A stretch of DNA of 64,000 bases. It comes from Octopus vulgaris. Lineage: Eukaryota. Positions 1 through 14,268 of the stretch are shown here, piece by piece (position 1 is the stretch's first letter; every line of letters starts with the position of its first letter). The stretch covers positions 101,556,001 through 101,620,000 of the forward strand of contig OX597820.1 of NCBI GenBank assembly GCA_951406725.2, given 5' to 3'. Both the position numbers and the translations under genes were made by a program. The notes below the pieces were generated by a model. It worked only from the letters and a program-made list of their open reading frames with translations. It ran no database searches and was not told the DNA's origin.

Positions 1-385
1 TGCCAGGATGGGTTTTTGTCTGAACATGAACATTAAATATATCACATGAACTCCACACATAGAAGACACATACCTCCATGATGAACTCCCTCAATACGCA
101 AACATTACACATACGAACATTACACATACCCAGGATATCATATAATATAAATATTTGTTTTCCAAACATTAAACTCAAGGGAGATAATCACACAAAAGTT
201 GTTACCCAAAAGTCGACCACTGACCCCGCCTTGAATTTACCAAAGATTATCGCAAGATTTTTTTCGTGAATTCCCCTTTTTTTCTCGTGTTTTAATTCAA
301 AATGTGATCCGCTTAAAACACGAAAGCACATACACATATATCAGGCTGTATGTGTGTGTGTGTGAGTGTGTGTATGTGTGTGTAC

Positions 386-422
<37 letters not shown>

Positions 423-432
423 AGTGTGTGTG

Positions 433-489
<57 letters not shown>

Positions 490-824
490 ATATAATGGAA
501 CAAAAACCCAATAGAGGACAATAAAACATCCGAAGAGATAGATGATACAAGGCGGACAGGAAAAACAACAGTTAGAGGGACAAGAAAAAAAGGATGGGTC
601 ATTTGTGGCTTTTTTTTTTGGTCTCTCAAGTTACTAGATGTCCCTACAGTTTTGGGCCGTTACACTTGAGACTGTTCGATCTGGTTCCCCCCCACCCCAC
701 CAAAAATTCTAAGCTAAGAGCATTAGGGTTTTTGCAAGAAATCAAGTGAATGTGTACAACAACTAAAGACAAAAAACAGAGGACATGTTACACAATTACA
801 AATACAAACTACAAGAATATGTAT

Positions 825-1126
825 TTGTTTACTGCCCATAAGGGGCTAAACATAGAGGGAACAAACAAGGACAGACTAACGGATTAAGTCGATTACATCG
901 ACCCCTGTGCGAAACTGGTACTTTATTTATCGACCCCGAAAGAATGAAAGGCAAAGTTGACCTCGGCGGAATTTGAACTCAGAACGTAACGACAGACGAA
1001 ATACGGCTACGCATTTCGCCCGGCGTGCTAACCGTTCTGCCAGCTCGCCGCCTCAACAGCAGGTGTCTTTCGAGTGAGGACAAATCAAATTGAGCTGGCG
1101 TGTATAAAGTGAAAGACTTAAGGCAG

Positions 1127-1181
<55 letters not shown>

Positions 1182-1342
1182 AACACACATATACACATAC
1201 TTATGTATATGTGTATTTACATATGATATATGCATGCAAATACACATCTTAATGTTTTGTTTTTATGTTACCCCTTTGGCTATTAAAGAAACACCCTTTT
1301 GGCTGTCATCAGCCTCATCAGCAACACTACTACTACTACTAC

Positions 1343-1382
<40 letters not shown>

Positions 1383-1407
1383 TGTTGTTGTTGTTGTTGT
1401 TGTTGTT

Positions 1408-1458
<51 letters not shown>

Positions 1459-3212
1459 ATAGTAGTATACGTTTTTGTCATCATGGTCGCAGTTGCCAAT
1501 TTTTTCATTATGTCTTTCTGCTTAGTTAGTGTTTTTTTAATTCCCATTGTCTTTATTGTTGTTCTTTTATTGCTGCTCTTGCTTATCATATTGTGGCCAT
1601 TGAGTAAGGCAAACAGGTGGGAAATGACACGATTCTCACCATTTTACAATAATTGATTGAGACTTAATTGGAAATAAAAGTGTAGATGAAAAAGTTCATT
1701 GTTAGTATATTTAATTGTGTAAAGATAAAGCACTTTTTAAATAACCTTATGGTTGTTGAAAGAATCGACCGTAATAAATGTCCAAAGGATCCGCTGTAAT
1801 TTTTTTTTATATCCCTAACGGTGATTTACAAAGAAACTTTATAGTTATCGGGGGATGCTTAGATCAATAAATAACAGCCATTTCCCGCTGAATATCTGTA
1901 AAGCAGAAGTGAATGTCCTTTTTTCTCTTAAGTGGTTTCTTTTTAAATATTGTCTTTATATTGCCTCCATCTGCAAATATGGCAGTCTATTTTTCTTTTG
2001 AAAAGGAAACCTTATGAAATCGTCCATCATTTATCGCATTGTTTAATTTTCATTTCATTTCTATCTTATTTACAAGTTTTACTTAAATGGAAGTGATGAG
2101 AGTAGAAAACAGTGTCTAAAGATTTTTTTAAATAATTTCTATTCACTGCAATATAAGCATTGTACGGACAATCAATTGACAATGACTTTCTTCCACGATA
2201 TTCAAACTTCACAGAGATATGGAGTTTCTCAAATGTATTTTATTTGTCATGCATTGATCATTTACAGAAAGTTTACATAGTAATAATAACCAATAGTAGT
2301 ACACTTTTGTTCAAATCAGGTTTTATTTTTGCGTTTCATTATAAAACCACTTTATACTGAAGAGAATATATTTGCTATAAACTTACAATGTCTTACGTTA
2401 CGGCAAAGTCGGTAATGCTGTGGAAGCAGACAGAATCTATTAAATCAATATCACTACTTGACTATCACTTATATTCGTAACCTCGGAAGGATGAGCAGTA
2501 AAATCACCCCTTGGTATGATTTGCAACTCAAACTGTAAAGAAAAATAACTAAATAATACAGCCTATTTGGTCAAACACTAATGGTTCTACCTATTACCAC
2601 CCTTTTAAAGACGTATAATAATAAATTCCAAATATTTGTACAAAGCCAGCAATTTTGGGGTGGGGTGAAGTCGATTACATCGAACTTCACCCCGTACTTG
2701 ACTGGTACTTATTTTATCAACCCCGAAAGGATGAAAGGCAAAGTGGGCCTCGGCAGAATTTGAAGTCAGAACGTGTAGATGGGCGAAATGCATTTCGCCC
2801 GGCGTGCTAACAATTCTGCCAGCACGCAGCCTTATTATTACGAATAATAATCTTTTCTGTTAAAGGCACAAGACCTGAAATTTGTTGGGCGGGTACTATT
2901 CGATTATATCGGTCCCAGTATTTCACTGGTACTTAATGTATCGACCCCGAAAGGATGAAAGACAAAGTCAACCTTGGCGTCAGGCGATTACTACACACGA
3001 GGGGCTAAACACAGAGAGGACAAACAAGGACAGACAAATGGATTAAGTTGATTGTATCGACACAAGTGCGTAACTGGTACTTATTTAATTGACCCCGAAA
3101 GGATGAAAGGCAAAGTCGACCTCGGCTGAATTTGAACTCAGAACGTAGCGGCAGGCGAAATACCGCTAAGCATTTCGCCCGGAGTGCTGACGATTCTGCC
3201 AGCTCGCCGCCT
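825..3212 (-). mobile_element. tRNA-derived SINE family A copies (825-1052 and a cluster at 2620-3212)
   Basis: Minus-strand head ggcggcgagctggcagaa..gttagcacg (A-box-like) and gagttcaaattcc (B-box-like); shared body with many copies in the window. Confidence 0.88.
1325..1467. repeat. (ACT)n(AGT)n(TGT)n(AGT)n compound trinucleotide microsatellite
   Basis: Direct reading. Confidence 0.95.
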
Positions 3213-4549
3213 TATTAATAGAACAACATCAATAACAGCAGCAGCAATAATAATCATTTCTAACTTAAGTACAAAATATATTCGGCCGTTGTTTTTTCAC
3301 ATGTGGTAGTGGCACCACCATGTCTGTCCAGCCTTATCACAAACCGACAATGCCCCTGTAGTACTGTAAAAATGTGGATTTTTAGAAATTTCCAGCGGAG
3401 AAGACTATTTGGAGTACATCTCAATAAATCGTCACCCATGTCTGTCACTAATCCTCTAAATAATATAATGCTAGATATTCACCAACTGCATTGCCCAAAT
3501 AGTGCAGAACAAGATGAAGACTATCTTGGTAATACTAAAGGCGTCGACCACCTTTCCAAGTTCCATGGTTGACTATGAACTGCAGTATAGTAGAAAGGTG
3601 ATCTGCACAAAATTATGTCTGTGGACATATTAGTTCACTGTTCAGAATTCTTTGTAAATGTGGCTATCTCAGCAGAATTCTGTTCATTATCGGCCACGAT
3701 ATCCTTGGGCAGCCCTTCCCATGTGTTGGCATGAAGTGAACTTTCTGACTTACTGATTAAAAGTACCTTTCTTTCCAACATATATCGACAAAGCAAGGTT
3801 TTTTTCGTTCTGATCAGATGTTTCATTAGACAAGCAATGCAGTATTAAACGCGGAAACGATTCACCGCCACTATTCGACCCTTTTGAAGATAACTTCCTC
3901 TCAGCTCGCGACATCATAAAACTGGCCTCAATGATCTTTACTTCCTTCTAGTTCCATTCCACTTTCTCCTTATCTAAACAGACAACAAGCCTTATAACTG
4001 ATCATGGGTCCAGGAACAAAAGCTTACAGCATATATTTGAATTTCCGAATTGCTTTGGCTAATCCTTACCTTTATTTCCAATCCATATTGAAAGAGATGA
4101 TTACTTCGATGTTGGAATGTCAAATAATGTGTCCAAGGCGTATCGGAATATGCAGACATTGTCTTCCTGGTTCTCAGGAACGTTTTAAGAGTTAAGATGT
4201 GTGACTCTAAAAGGAACCCTTGATGGATTGAGCGAATAATACCAAACAATTCCAATAGAAGGCGATTTAGCCTGACCATAGAAAATATAGCATTATATAA
4301 AACAGAGAAGAAACCTCTGCTAGCCAAACTGTCCAATGTCGATTTGTAATGATAAGAAATCTCTAAAACTCCAAAAGCTAAATACCGATGGCTGGTTTAA
4401 ATCTATTGGAGACCTAACGAAATCAAATATACTCCTTACACTCTTTATGATTATGGTACTAATTTACGATTACAGGTAAGTTCACCACCATCAATTCACC
4501 GTGAAGAAAGTTCACTGCGAGGAAAGTTTACCGAGAAAATATATACATA

Positions 4550-4968
4550 AGCGTAGGAGTGGCTGTGTAGTAAGTAGCTTGCTTACCAACCACATGGTTC
4601 CGGGTTCAGTCCCACTGCGTGGCACCTTGGGTAAGTGTCTTCTACTATAGCCTCGGGCCGACCAAAGCCTTGTGAGTGGATTTGGTAGACGGAAACTGAA
4701 AGAAGCCCGTCGTATATATGTATATATATATGTGTGTGTGTGTGTTTGTGTGTCTGTGTTTGTACCCCCACCCCATCCTCGCTTGACAACCGATGCTGGT
4801 GTGTTTACGTTCCCGTAACTTAGCGGTTCGACAAAAAAGAGACCGATAGAATAAGTACTAGGCTTACAAAAGAATAAGTTCTGGGGTCGATTTGATCGAC
4901 TAAAGGTGGTGCTCCAGCATGGCAACAGTCACATGACTGAAACAAGTAAAAAGAGAGTAAAAAGAGTA
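4550..4968 (+). mobile_element. tRNA-derived SINE family B (CORE-like segment, internal TA/TG microsatellite); representative copy
   Basis: gcgtaggagtggctgtgt.gtaagtagcttgc...ggttcagtccc...accttgggcaagt...actgaaacaagtaaaaga. Other copies near 16965+, 18872-, 30868/33290-, 33602+, 36810+, 38575+, 39780+, 40181+, 40895-, 45375-, 55008+, 62740-. Confidence 0.88.
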
Positions 4969-5575
4969 TATCTCACAATTAATAGTTGAAAACTATTTTC
5001 CCGAAAGAAAAAATTAAACTTCGCCTTTTACGCAAATGTCGTTTTTTGTATTATTTCAGTAACGACGTAGACAATCTGCTTCAGCAATTTTGAGCAAATT
5101 ATAGCTATGAATCCTTCTCTTACTCCCTTTGGAGCTATTTCCATGTAAAGTTGATAACGCCTGGTAGGATACATATTTGTGGTCTCGTGCCCTTTCTAGG
5201 CCTTGTTTAGAACGCAAATCCTCAGTTAGTTGTAAGTTGCTCTTACAAAAGTCTGGTGTTGCTGTTATTGATTTGCTGTTTTATTGCTGTTGTTTGTACG
5301 GCTATCATTGCAGCTTTTGCTATTGTTGTATTCCTTGCTTGTGCTGTTATTATGGTGTTTTTCCTGTTGTTTCTATCGTCGTTTGCATTGTATTCACTGC
5401 TGTTTTTTGTTGTTGATATCATTGTTTGTTGTCATCACTGCCTGTTTTAGCTATTGTTGCATTCGTTGTTCGTACCATAATCATTGCTGTTCTTAAAAAC
5501 CTTGTTGGTTTTGTTATACTGATGATAATAAGTCACTGTTCAGCTCTGATTCAGTAGGTTCATAAACAAAGGCGT

Positions 5576-5960
5576 GTGGAGGCGCAATGGCCCAGTGGTT
5601 AGGGCAGCGGACTCGCGGTCATAGGATCGCGGTTTCGATTCCCAGACCGGGCGTTGTGAGTGTTTATTGAGCGAAAACACCTAAAAGCTCCACGAGGCTC
5701 CGGCAGGGGATGGTGGTGATCCCTGCTGCACTCTTTCACCACAACTTTCTCTTACTTCCTGTTTCTGTTGTACCTGTATTTCAAAAGGGCCAGCCTTGTC
5801 ACTCTCTGTGTCACACTGAATATCCCCGAGAACTACGTTAAGGGTGCGCGTGTGTGTGGAGTGCTCAGCCACTTGCACGTTAATTTCACGAGCAGGCTGT
5901 TCCGTTGATTCGGGTCAACCGGAACCCTCGTCGTCGTAACCGACGGAGTGCTTCCATCCC
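5576..5960 (+). mobile_element. tRNA-derived SINE family C; representative copy
   Basis: tggcccagtggttagggcagcggactcgcggtc...ggtttcgattccc head plus unrelated body. Relatives near 25065+, 27920+, 29820-30100, 36300-36570, 47875-. Confidence 0.82.
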
Positions 5961-6699
5961 AAACAAAGGCGTACCATCAGTAACCATCTTTTCTTATACT
6001 CGAGCATCATCCCTTATTTAAGACGAACGGATAGGATTCGGAGGTGATTTGGTTTCAGACAATACATAACTTACGTTGTTATTATGGCTGTTTTATTTTG
6101 CGCTGTTATTGTTAATTTCGCTCTTCTTTCGCTGTTGTAGTTTTGCCTCAGGTCAGCCTTGATACCATAGAAATTCCATTCATAAAAATTCTATATTTTT
6201 CAGACATAATACAACTAGGATTGGAAACTACGTCATCGAATGGGTTGGTAGATTTGGTAGTTTTTATGTCTATGTCACACAGATGTAGAGACGCTCTCTC
6301 GCTGTGGTGAAGTGATAGAAAGCAACATAGATCTACAGAACGTAAATAATATTTACAAAATTTACTCTCGATATTTAACACAAGACAACACAATTTAACA
6401 AACTGTAATTATAGACTACTGGCATGCCTCCATTCAAAGTTTAATTAAGCTAAACTTCGAAGTTATGTCTCTTGCCTTTCTTGATAAAAATTGACACTGA
6501 AGCTAGTGACCTTATTTTTCATCACTGTTGTAATTTTATTTCATTAAACATGGCTGTGCAGCCACTGTACTGTATTTCATATTTTGTCAACTCCAAAACG
6601 ACGACAGACAAATCTAGTTTCCGTGGGTTTTGTACTCAGAATGTGAGGGTCGTAATAAAAAATAGCAAATCATGACGCTCGCTACTTTAACAATGTCGA

Positions 6700-9600
6700 T
6701 TACTCTGCACTCATTTTGACACAAGGCAGGTAATATGAAGAATAGAGAGTTAGTAGACAGCAATAATTAACGGGTAATTATTTTATCAATCTCGAAAGGA
6801 AATAAGTATAACTAACTTCAGCGGGATTTTGAACACAAAACCTAAGGAGTTAGAAAAAATGCCGTAAGGGAATTTGTTCGAGGCTTTAACGAAAATGTTA
6901 TTTCACTACACTTTACCACTATAAAAATAGTTGTTTCTGATTTAGGTATAAGACTAGCAATGTTGAAGAAAGGGGATTGATCGATACCAACGAACCCAGT
7001 ACTTGACTGGTACTTTATATTATCAATCCTCGAAAGGATAAAAAGCAAAGTTGATATCGGCGGGATCTGATCTGAAAAACGTAAAGAGCTAGAACAAATG
7101 GCACAGGGTACTTTTTCCGATGCTCAAACGATTTTGCCAATACATCATCCTTTGTCAGTTTAATAATGATAATAATTCTTTTTGATTTAAGCACAACACT
7201 AGCATTGTTGAGAAAAGGGGATAGCCGATATAATCCAGTACTTGACTGGTGCTTTATTTTATCAACACAAGAAGCATTAAAGGTAAAGTTGACTTCGATA
7301 AGATTTGAATTTCGAAGTCGAAGAGTCACAACAATTGTTGCCGGGCATTTCGTCCGATGCTCTAACGATTCTGCCGTTTCACTATCCTTTACCATTTAAA
7401 TAACAATCCTTTCTACTATAGGCACAAGACCTAAAATTTTGGTGGAAGGGACGATGCTTATTTTATCAACCACGATAGGATGAAGGGTTAATTCGTTCTC
7501 GATGGCATTTGAACTTGTAATGTGAAACCGAAAGAAATGCCGCCAAGCATTTTGTTTGGCGTACTAACAATTCTGCTATATCACCGCCTAACCATTCTAA
7601 TAATAATCCTTTCTACTAAAAGTACAAGACCTGAAATTTTGGAGAAGGGGCCTAGTCGATGTAATCGACCCCAATCTTTCTCTGGTACTTATTTTAACAA
7701 CCCGGAAAGGATGAAAGGCAAAGTCGACCTCGGTGGAATTTGAACTCAGAACGTGAAGACAGACGAAATACCTATTTCTTTATTACCCACAAGGGGCTAA
7801 ACACAGAGGGGACAAACAAGGACAGACATAGGTATTAAGTCGATTACATCGACCCCAGTGCGTAACTGGTACTTAATTTATCGACCCCGAAAGGATGAAA
7901 GGCAAAGTCGACCTCGGCGGAATTTGAACTCACAACGTAACGCAGACGAAATACCGCTAAGCATTTCGTCCGGGGTGCTAACGATTCTATCATTTCACCA
8001 TTCTAATAAAGATTTCAAATTTTGGCACAAGGCCAGCAATTTCGGAGGAGAGATAAATCGATTACATCGACTTCAGTGTCTAACCGGTACTTATTTTATC
8101 GACCCCGAAAGGATGAAAGGCAAAGTCAACCTCGATGGAATTTGAACATAGAATATAAAGACGGATGAAATGTCGCTGAGCATCCTGCCACTTCATCATC
8201 CTGGTAATGATTTCAAATTTTGACCAGCAACTTTGGAGGTAGGGATAAGTCGACCCTAGTGTTTAACTGGTTCTTATTTTATCGACCCCGAAAGGATGAA
8301 AGGAAAAATCGACCTCGGCGGAATTTGAATTCAGAACGTAAAGACGGACGAAATGCCTCTAAGCATTTTATCCGGCGTGCTAACGATTTTGCAACTTCAT
8401 TCTAACAGTAACGGGGAGTTAATTTAAATTTGACCGAGGGAACTCTAATGGAAGGAAAATAAAGGTTATGTGAAAAATAAAGATAAAATGGCAACGTTAA
8501 TGGAGTTACTGCACTGAAATATGTTTTCGACTAATTTTATTCTCTTCCTAACAAAAATAAGGACAAAAATGTTTCGAGTTATAATTATTATAAAGTATGG
8601 TATTGTATATTTAATTAATATAATTCAGCTGGCTGAGTATCGGATGATAGTGAGAGATAAAAGAAAAAAGGCGTTCTTTTTCTCTCTTTGCGTTATTCAG
8701 CCATTAGTTTTGGCTTGGTGCTAATCGAAATATTATTAATGTCTCGTGTATTGTTCGGATCATTATGACGGATTCGTCTCAGCTTACACTCTACCACCGG
8801 ATTAGTCGACGTTAATTAGCAATTAAAGGTCTCAGCTAACTTAACTTATCGTGCATCCGGAATGAACAATGATTCTTTAACAGCAAAATGGAAAGAGTAA
8901 AAATACAAGTTCGAATGTACTGATTAGTTGTTACTAAAGCAATAACAAGAAACATTGTTTTCTGTCGATTAGACACAAAGTCGTGTACTTTTAGGAAAGG
9001 AGAAATATGTTGTCCATACCTTTATCAATAAATTCTAACTTCCCCCAAAATTAGGCGCCACTATTTATATTTCGTTTGTTTATTTCATTGCTTGTTTGAG
9101 TGATTGCTCTATTTCTACTTTAACAAATCTAAATTATATTACTATTATCATAATAATATAATTATTTTCGAAATATAGTTTGTAGTATGGCTCAGTTTTA
9201 CTCATTTTATTATGTTCTAGATAAGCTTAGAGTTTTATATGACAAATGAAATCAGCGGATCTTTTCCTTTTGATAGCCAGATTTCAACACAATTTCTAGT
9301 TAACTAAACAATTTGAAACTTCGTATACTGGTAGAATGTGTCAAAAGAAAACATTATTTTCACTTGGGTTTTTTGATAAATTTGTAATTTGTAAGTTTAA
9401 CGTAGTTTAATTCTTCGAATTTTAACCAATGAAACGCCAGTATTTGAGCTGAATTATTTGCTACGTCTAATTTAGCAGAGTCGGTTAGTTGGAACCATCA
9501 ATCCTTGTTCTTCGATGGTAATTTATTTCATCAACTCTCAAAAGCTGAAAAACAAAATTGAGCTCAGCGGGATATAAACTCAGAACATGAATAACGGAAA

Positions 9601-11280
9601 CAAATATCGTAGAGCTTTCCCTCTTAACGCATTAACGATTCTGCTAGGTCGTCGCCTTATTATTTTGGCGGTGAACATCGGAAGAATCTCTTCTTGCATT
9701 TATCTGGTTTTCAAATACATCAACTTTTTTTCAAAAATATGTTTTACAATATATTCGTTAATATATACAATAAAATAAATTTTGAAGCATAAAGTATTGC
9801 AAAAAAAAAAAGAAATAATAATAATTAATAACTAACTAAATAAAATGATACTGTCTATTTGCACCCTTAAGTGGTTAGTATTAGAATAATGGTATCAAAT
9901 TTTAGCACAAAGCCAGCATGTTCGGGGAGGGGTAAGTCGATTACATCGACCCTTTATTAACAACTTACTTTATCGACCCCGAAAGGATGAATGACAAATA
10001 CCACCTCGGTGGAATTTGAACTCAGAACGTGAAGACGAAGTGAAATACTGCTAAGAATTTTGACTGGCGTGCTAACCATTCTTTTCTACTCTAGGCACAT
10101 GGCCCAAAATTTTGGGGGTGGGGTCCACTCGATTAGATCGACTCCAGTACGCAACTGGTACTTAATTTATCGACCCCGAAACAATGAAAGGCAAAGTCGA
10201 CCTCGGCGGAGTTTGAACTCAGAACATAAAGACAGACGAAATATTGCTAAGCATTTCGCCCAGTGTGCTAACGTTTCTGCCAGCTCGCCACCTTCGTAGT
10301 AATAGAATGATATCGTGGTAATAGAATAATGAAGGCGGTGAGCTGGCAGATTCGTTAGCACGCCGGGCGAAATGCGGAGCCGTATTTCGTCTACCGTTAC
10401 GTTCTGAGTTCAAATGCCGTTGACTTTGCATTTCATCCTTTCGAGGTCGATAAATTAAGTACCAGTTACGCATTGGGATCGATATAATCGACTTAATCCG
10501 TTTGTCTGTCCTTGTTTGTCCTCTCTGTGTTTAGCCCCTTGTGTGTAGTAAAGAAATAGAAATAGGTATTTCGTCTGCCGCTACTTTCTGAGTTCAAATT
10601 CCGCCGAGGTCGACTTTGCCTTTAATCCTTTCGGGATCGATAAATTAAGTACTAGTTACGCACTGGGGTCGATGTAATCGACTTAATCCCTTGTTTGTCC
10701 CCTCTATGTTTAGCCCCTTGTGGGCAATAAAGAAATAAAAATAATATCGAACCATTTCAATTATTTTTTTTCTTTTGTCTCCTTTGCCTTCAGTTGATTT
10801 AATCCTCTTTTGATGGGAAATATTTATTTAGATCATTTTATAACAAGAAAGACAATCTCAAGTGGGCTGTTATCAAAACGCTCAATCGATACTAGTTTCA
10901 TCTCGTCTAATTAAAACAGTTTGAAATTTTACCACAAGGGCAGGCATTTTGTGGCAGGGGATGTGTCAATTACATTGACTTCAGTGTTTAACTAGTATTT
11001 AATTTATCGTGGAATTTGAACTCAGAACGTATCGAAGGGCGAAATACCTATTTCTTTACTACCCACAAGGGGCTAAACACAGAGAGAACAAACAAAGACA
11101 GACAAACGGATTAAGTCGATTATATCGACCCCAGTGCATAACGGATACTTATTTAATCGACTCCGAAAGGATGAAAGGCAAAGTCGACCTCGGCGAAATT
11201 TGAACTTAGAACGTAACGGCAGACGAAATACGGCAACGCATTTCGCCCGGCGTGCTAACGTTTCTGCCAGCTCGCCGCCT
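6700..11280. mobile_element. Clusters of SINE family A copies (6700-8400 -, 9890-10293 -, 10332-10738 +, 10920-11280 -)
   Basis: Repeated gaccccgaaaggatgaaaggcaaagtcgacctcggcggaatttgaactcagaacg core at varying divergence. Other copies near 14648, 17625, 22872, 23965, 28765, 38080, 43855. Confidence 0.88.
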
Positions 11281-11634
11281 GGACTAATTAAAATAGTGAT
11301 CGACACACAGTATGTTAGCGTTCACTTTACTGTATATTTTTCAGGATGCTATCGCTGGGTTATTTCCCTTGGGTTGTGTCACATCTGTGTATGTAATTAT
11401 TCTATATATGCATCTTTGTTACTATCTTCCTAGTAATCTAAGACGTACGTGATTGACAATACTTCCCTGATGAGTTCTAATAAGACAAGAACTTGTTCCT
11501 ACAAATGCTAAACATCAAATTATCTCCTCTTTCACCACATTGCTGATCTCCAATTTAAATTAACTGAAAATTTTAGAATATAATTTTGAGCTATTACCCT
11601 TGACTTTGATACGAACATTGTGTAATAATACTTA

Positions 11635-12200
11635 CCGTAAATCCTTCAGTTTAGTCCGCCCTTGAGTATAATACGCAGGGGATTTTTAGGGGGCTGTACC
11701 TTGTGTATAATACGCATCCCTTCTCTAACTTGAGTCAAGGAGGTCTATATAACGTCCTTGGTTTGTAAAGCTGTATACGGTAACGTCCTTTATTAACGTC
11801 CAAGCAACAGTAACACCCACCCTTAGTGGTTAGCCATATTGAAATGGCAAGTATACCTCCTTTATTATTATTGTATATATAACATAATGCAAATGTGTAG
11901 CTTTTTTGTGTATTTTGTTTGCAGAAAATAAAGAAATAACAGTAATAACGTTTAATAAATGTTGCTTATTGCAAGTTATGGATGATTCTTTTATGACTTC
12001 AATGCTTTCAGGCTTAGCTTAAGGTATTTTCGCACCCGACATCACAAAATGCATCTAATAAACATCGCCGGACAGCGAATAGAGACTCGGACATTGCTTA
12101 GAAAATAATTTTCATTTTTAACCTCGTATATAGTACGCACTAGGGATTTTGACCTTTAAATTTTGGGAAAAAAATGCGGATCATACTCGAGGATTTACGG
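11635..12200. mobile_element. Tc2/pogo-like non-autonomous DNA transposon (566 bp)
   Basis: TA|ccgtaaatcct ... aggatttacgg|TA termini, with subterminal gtataatacgca repeats. Confidence 0.75.
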
Positions 12201-13830
12201 TACTTCTTCCACCATCGACACAAATATTATCTTAATTAAAATTATCGTGCTCACCTCATTAAATATATTAGTACTTGCATTTCTATCTATCTTGCGGTCT
12301 AGTTTTATGATAAATTTATCTTATGTTTACTTTAAACCGCCCAGTCCTATCAAAAAGCATTCGCGACGTTCATTAATGTCTAAGAAGTAAGAGAACAAAA
12401 TTATGTACAAATTGAAATTAATCTCTTGAGTTTTTCGGAATCGAATTATCAAAATACTATGTATTGATTGTTTTTGTACCAGTCAATGTGTTTTATGCAT
12501 ATAACTTTAGAAACGGGAAGAACTTTTTTAAAGTTCATTTATCTACGGTTGTGACTTTACTTGTTTGTTATAACGCAAAAGAACATCATCATTGCGAATC
12601 GTATTGTATTTATTTATTCAAATATTGTTGAAAATGAGAAGTACAAATGGAAGAAAAAAAGAAATATTGAAATGAATAGAGCGTAAACAGTGTGTTAATT
12701 TTAAACGAATTTAATACTCCTGTGTCGGATTTTTTAGTAAAAAAATAAAACTCTGATTAAAAAGGGGATAAGCGCAAAGCAATCGAAATACAGATATACT
12801 TCAACTCACATCGTTCTGAGTTACAACTTTTTCGACCTTACATGTTTCTTTTTCTTAAAGAAATTAATGGCGAAAAATAATCTCAGCTTCATTCGATTTA
12901 TCCGAATTTACGTCGGTTTTTGCGAATATATATAAAGGATAGAAATTAAACAAACACCTAAAAACCAATACTGGAGTGGAAAATCAAAATGTGAATGAAA
13001 ATATGTACAAACCATTTATTAAAACAGATGTAAACTAAAAAAAAGTGAAACTTTTAATCTTTCGTGTTATAATCATTTTTCTAGTAATGTCGTATCTCTT
13101 CGAAATAATTACCGACGCAAGTTGACGTATGCCTGTATAGTGACTTTGGATCTGATTATAAACTTCATCATCCTGATGTTCTGTCCAGAGTGAAATCTCG
13201 ACAGAAAGCTGAATGATGAAATAGCAATTTTTTTTCTGTTTTTGATTAATCCAGATATGTTGGGGTTAATAGCATTTTATTGATGAGACTTTATAATTTG
13301 ACAAATATTACAAGCCTTCGTTGTGATTTCTCTTTCGTTTAATAAAAGCATTTTTAATTAACATGAATATACAAATACACAAATCGTCGGTATTCAAACA
13401 GAAATTATCCAGCGCTTTTACTTTTTCCTTACATCAGTGATAAATGCTGCCGAGAACTGGAGTTATCCCAATCTTTATAACTAAACGCATGAGATTTATC
13501 CCTTTACCACTGATGGAACGTTGGTCTATAGGGGATTTTACTTATAGAAGGACTTGCATTTGTTACTATTAATTAACGAAACATTTGTATATTATACAAA
13601 CCACTCGTTGCTTACAGCAAAGAGTTGAACCATTTCAGAATACAAGATCTCCAGCAAAGTGGGTTAGAAAACAACAAGAGTTAAGTAATTTTGTCAAGCA
13701 TGCACAGCATCACCGAATATGAATTAGGGAAATCTCTGTCCGGCATTCTCTTATTAGTATTCGGAAAATGGTATTCTGTTTCCCTATTTAGTCAACTAGC
13801 TCTGTTCTGGCTTGACTTTCAATCTTCTCG

Positions 13831-14099
13831 TTATAACATGAAATGAGATTTTGATTTCACTTTAGTTCTGTCCCGGAAATATTTTACGATGGGATTATTT
13901 ATGCCTAACTCTTTCAGATCGTCATTTGACAAAGCAGATAATTTTTTACCATTGAGATGCATCTTATTAACGCGGTCTATGATCTCAGGATCTATATTTA
14001 GACAAATCAGTATTGTTACAATGTCTTTTGTTGCAAAAGATAAGAGGCTTCCATCTCTTGGAATTTCTACTTCAAGTTCCGGAGCACTGAGTGTTAACG
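13831..14099 (-). CDS. Terminal exon of gene A: SAM (sterile alpha motif)-like domain, C-terminus ...KSKSHFML*
   Basis: Acceptor tttttgttttattttcag| (phase 1); stop TAA at 13831-33. FATKDIVTIL...LNGKKLSALSNDDLKELGI matches the SAM pattern (W/F-x2-D-V..., I-D/N-G-x2-L-x2-L-x3-D-L-x2-L-G-I). A paralogous exon lies at 60903-61162. Confidence 0.8.
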
Positions 14100-14229
14100 C
14101 TGAAAATAAAACAAAAATCAGCATTAAAGGTTCATATTTTAAATCAGAAATATAGTTATAGAAGTAAAAGAACAAATAATAAAGAAGGAGAACTTCAAAC
14201 AATGCAAAAAATGAAAGTTGAGCAATCTT

Positions 14230-14268
14230 TATGTAATTCAGGCACAAAGACCCTTCATCAGGCGTGAA
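14230..14268 (-). ncRNA. Degenerate hammerhead-like motif in gene A intron 2
   Basis: Minus strand: cacgc-CTGATGA-AGG gtctttgtg CCT-GAAT. GAAA is mutated to GAAT and stems I/III are not clear. Confidence 0.3.

Noticed and set aside
5576-5655. tRNA gene-like sequence (also the heads of SINE families A and B)
   Set aside because: Continues directly into a multi-copy non-tRNA body; treated as SINE heads.
11467-11495. Isolated CTGATGAG (also at ~63686)
   Set aside because: No properly placed stem II, GAAA and stem III.
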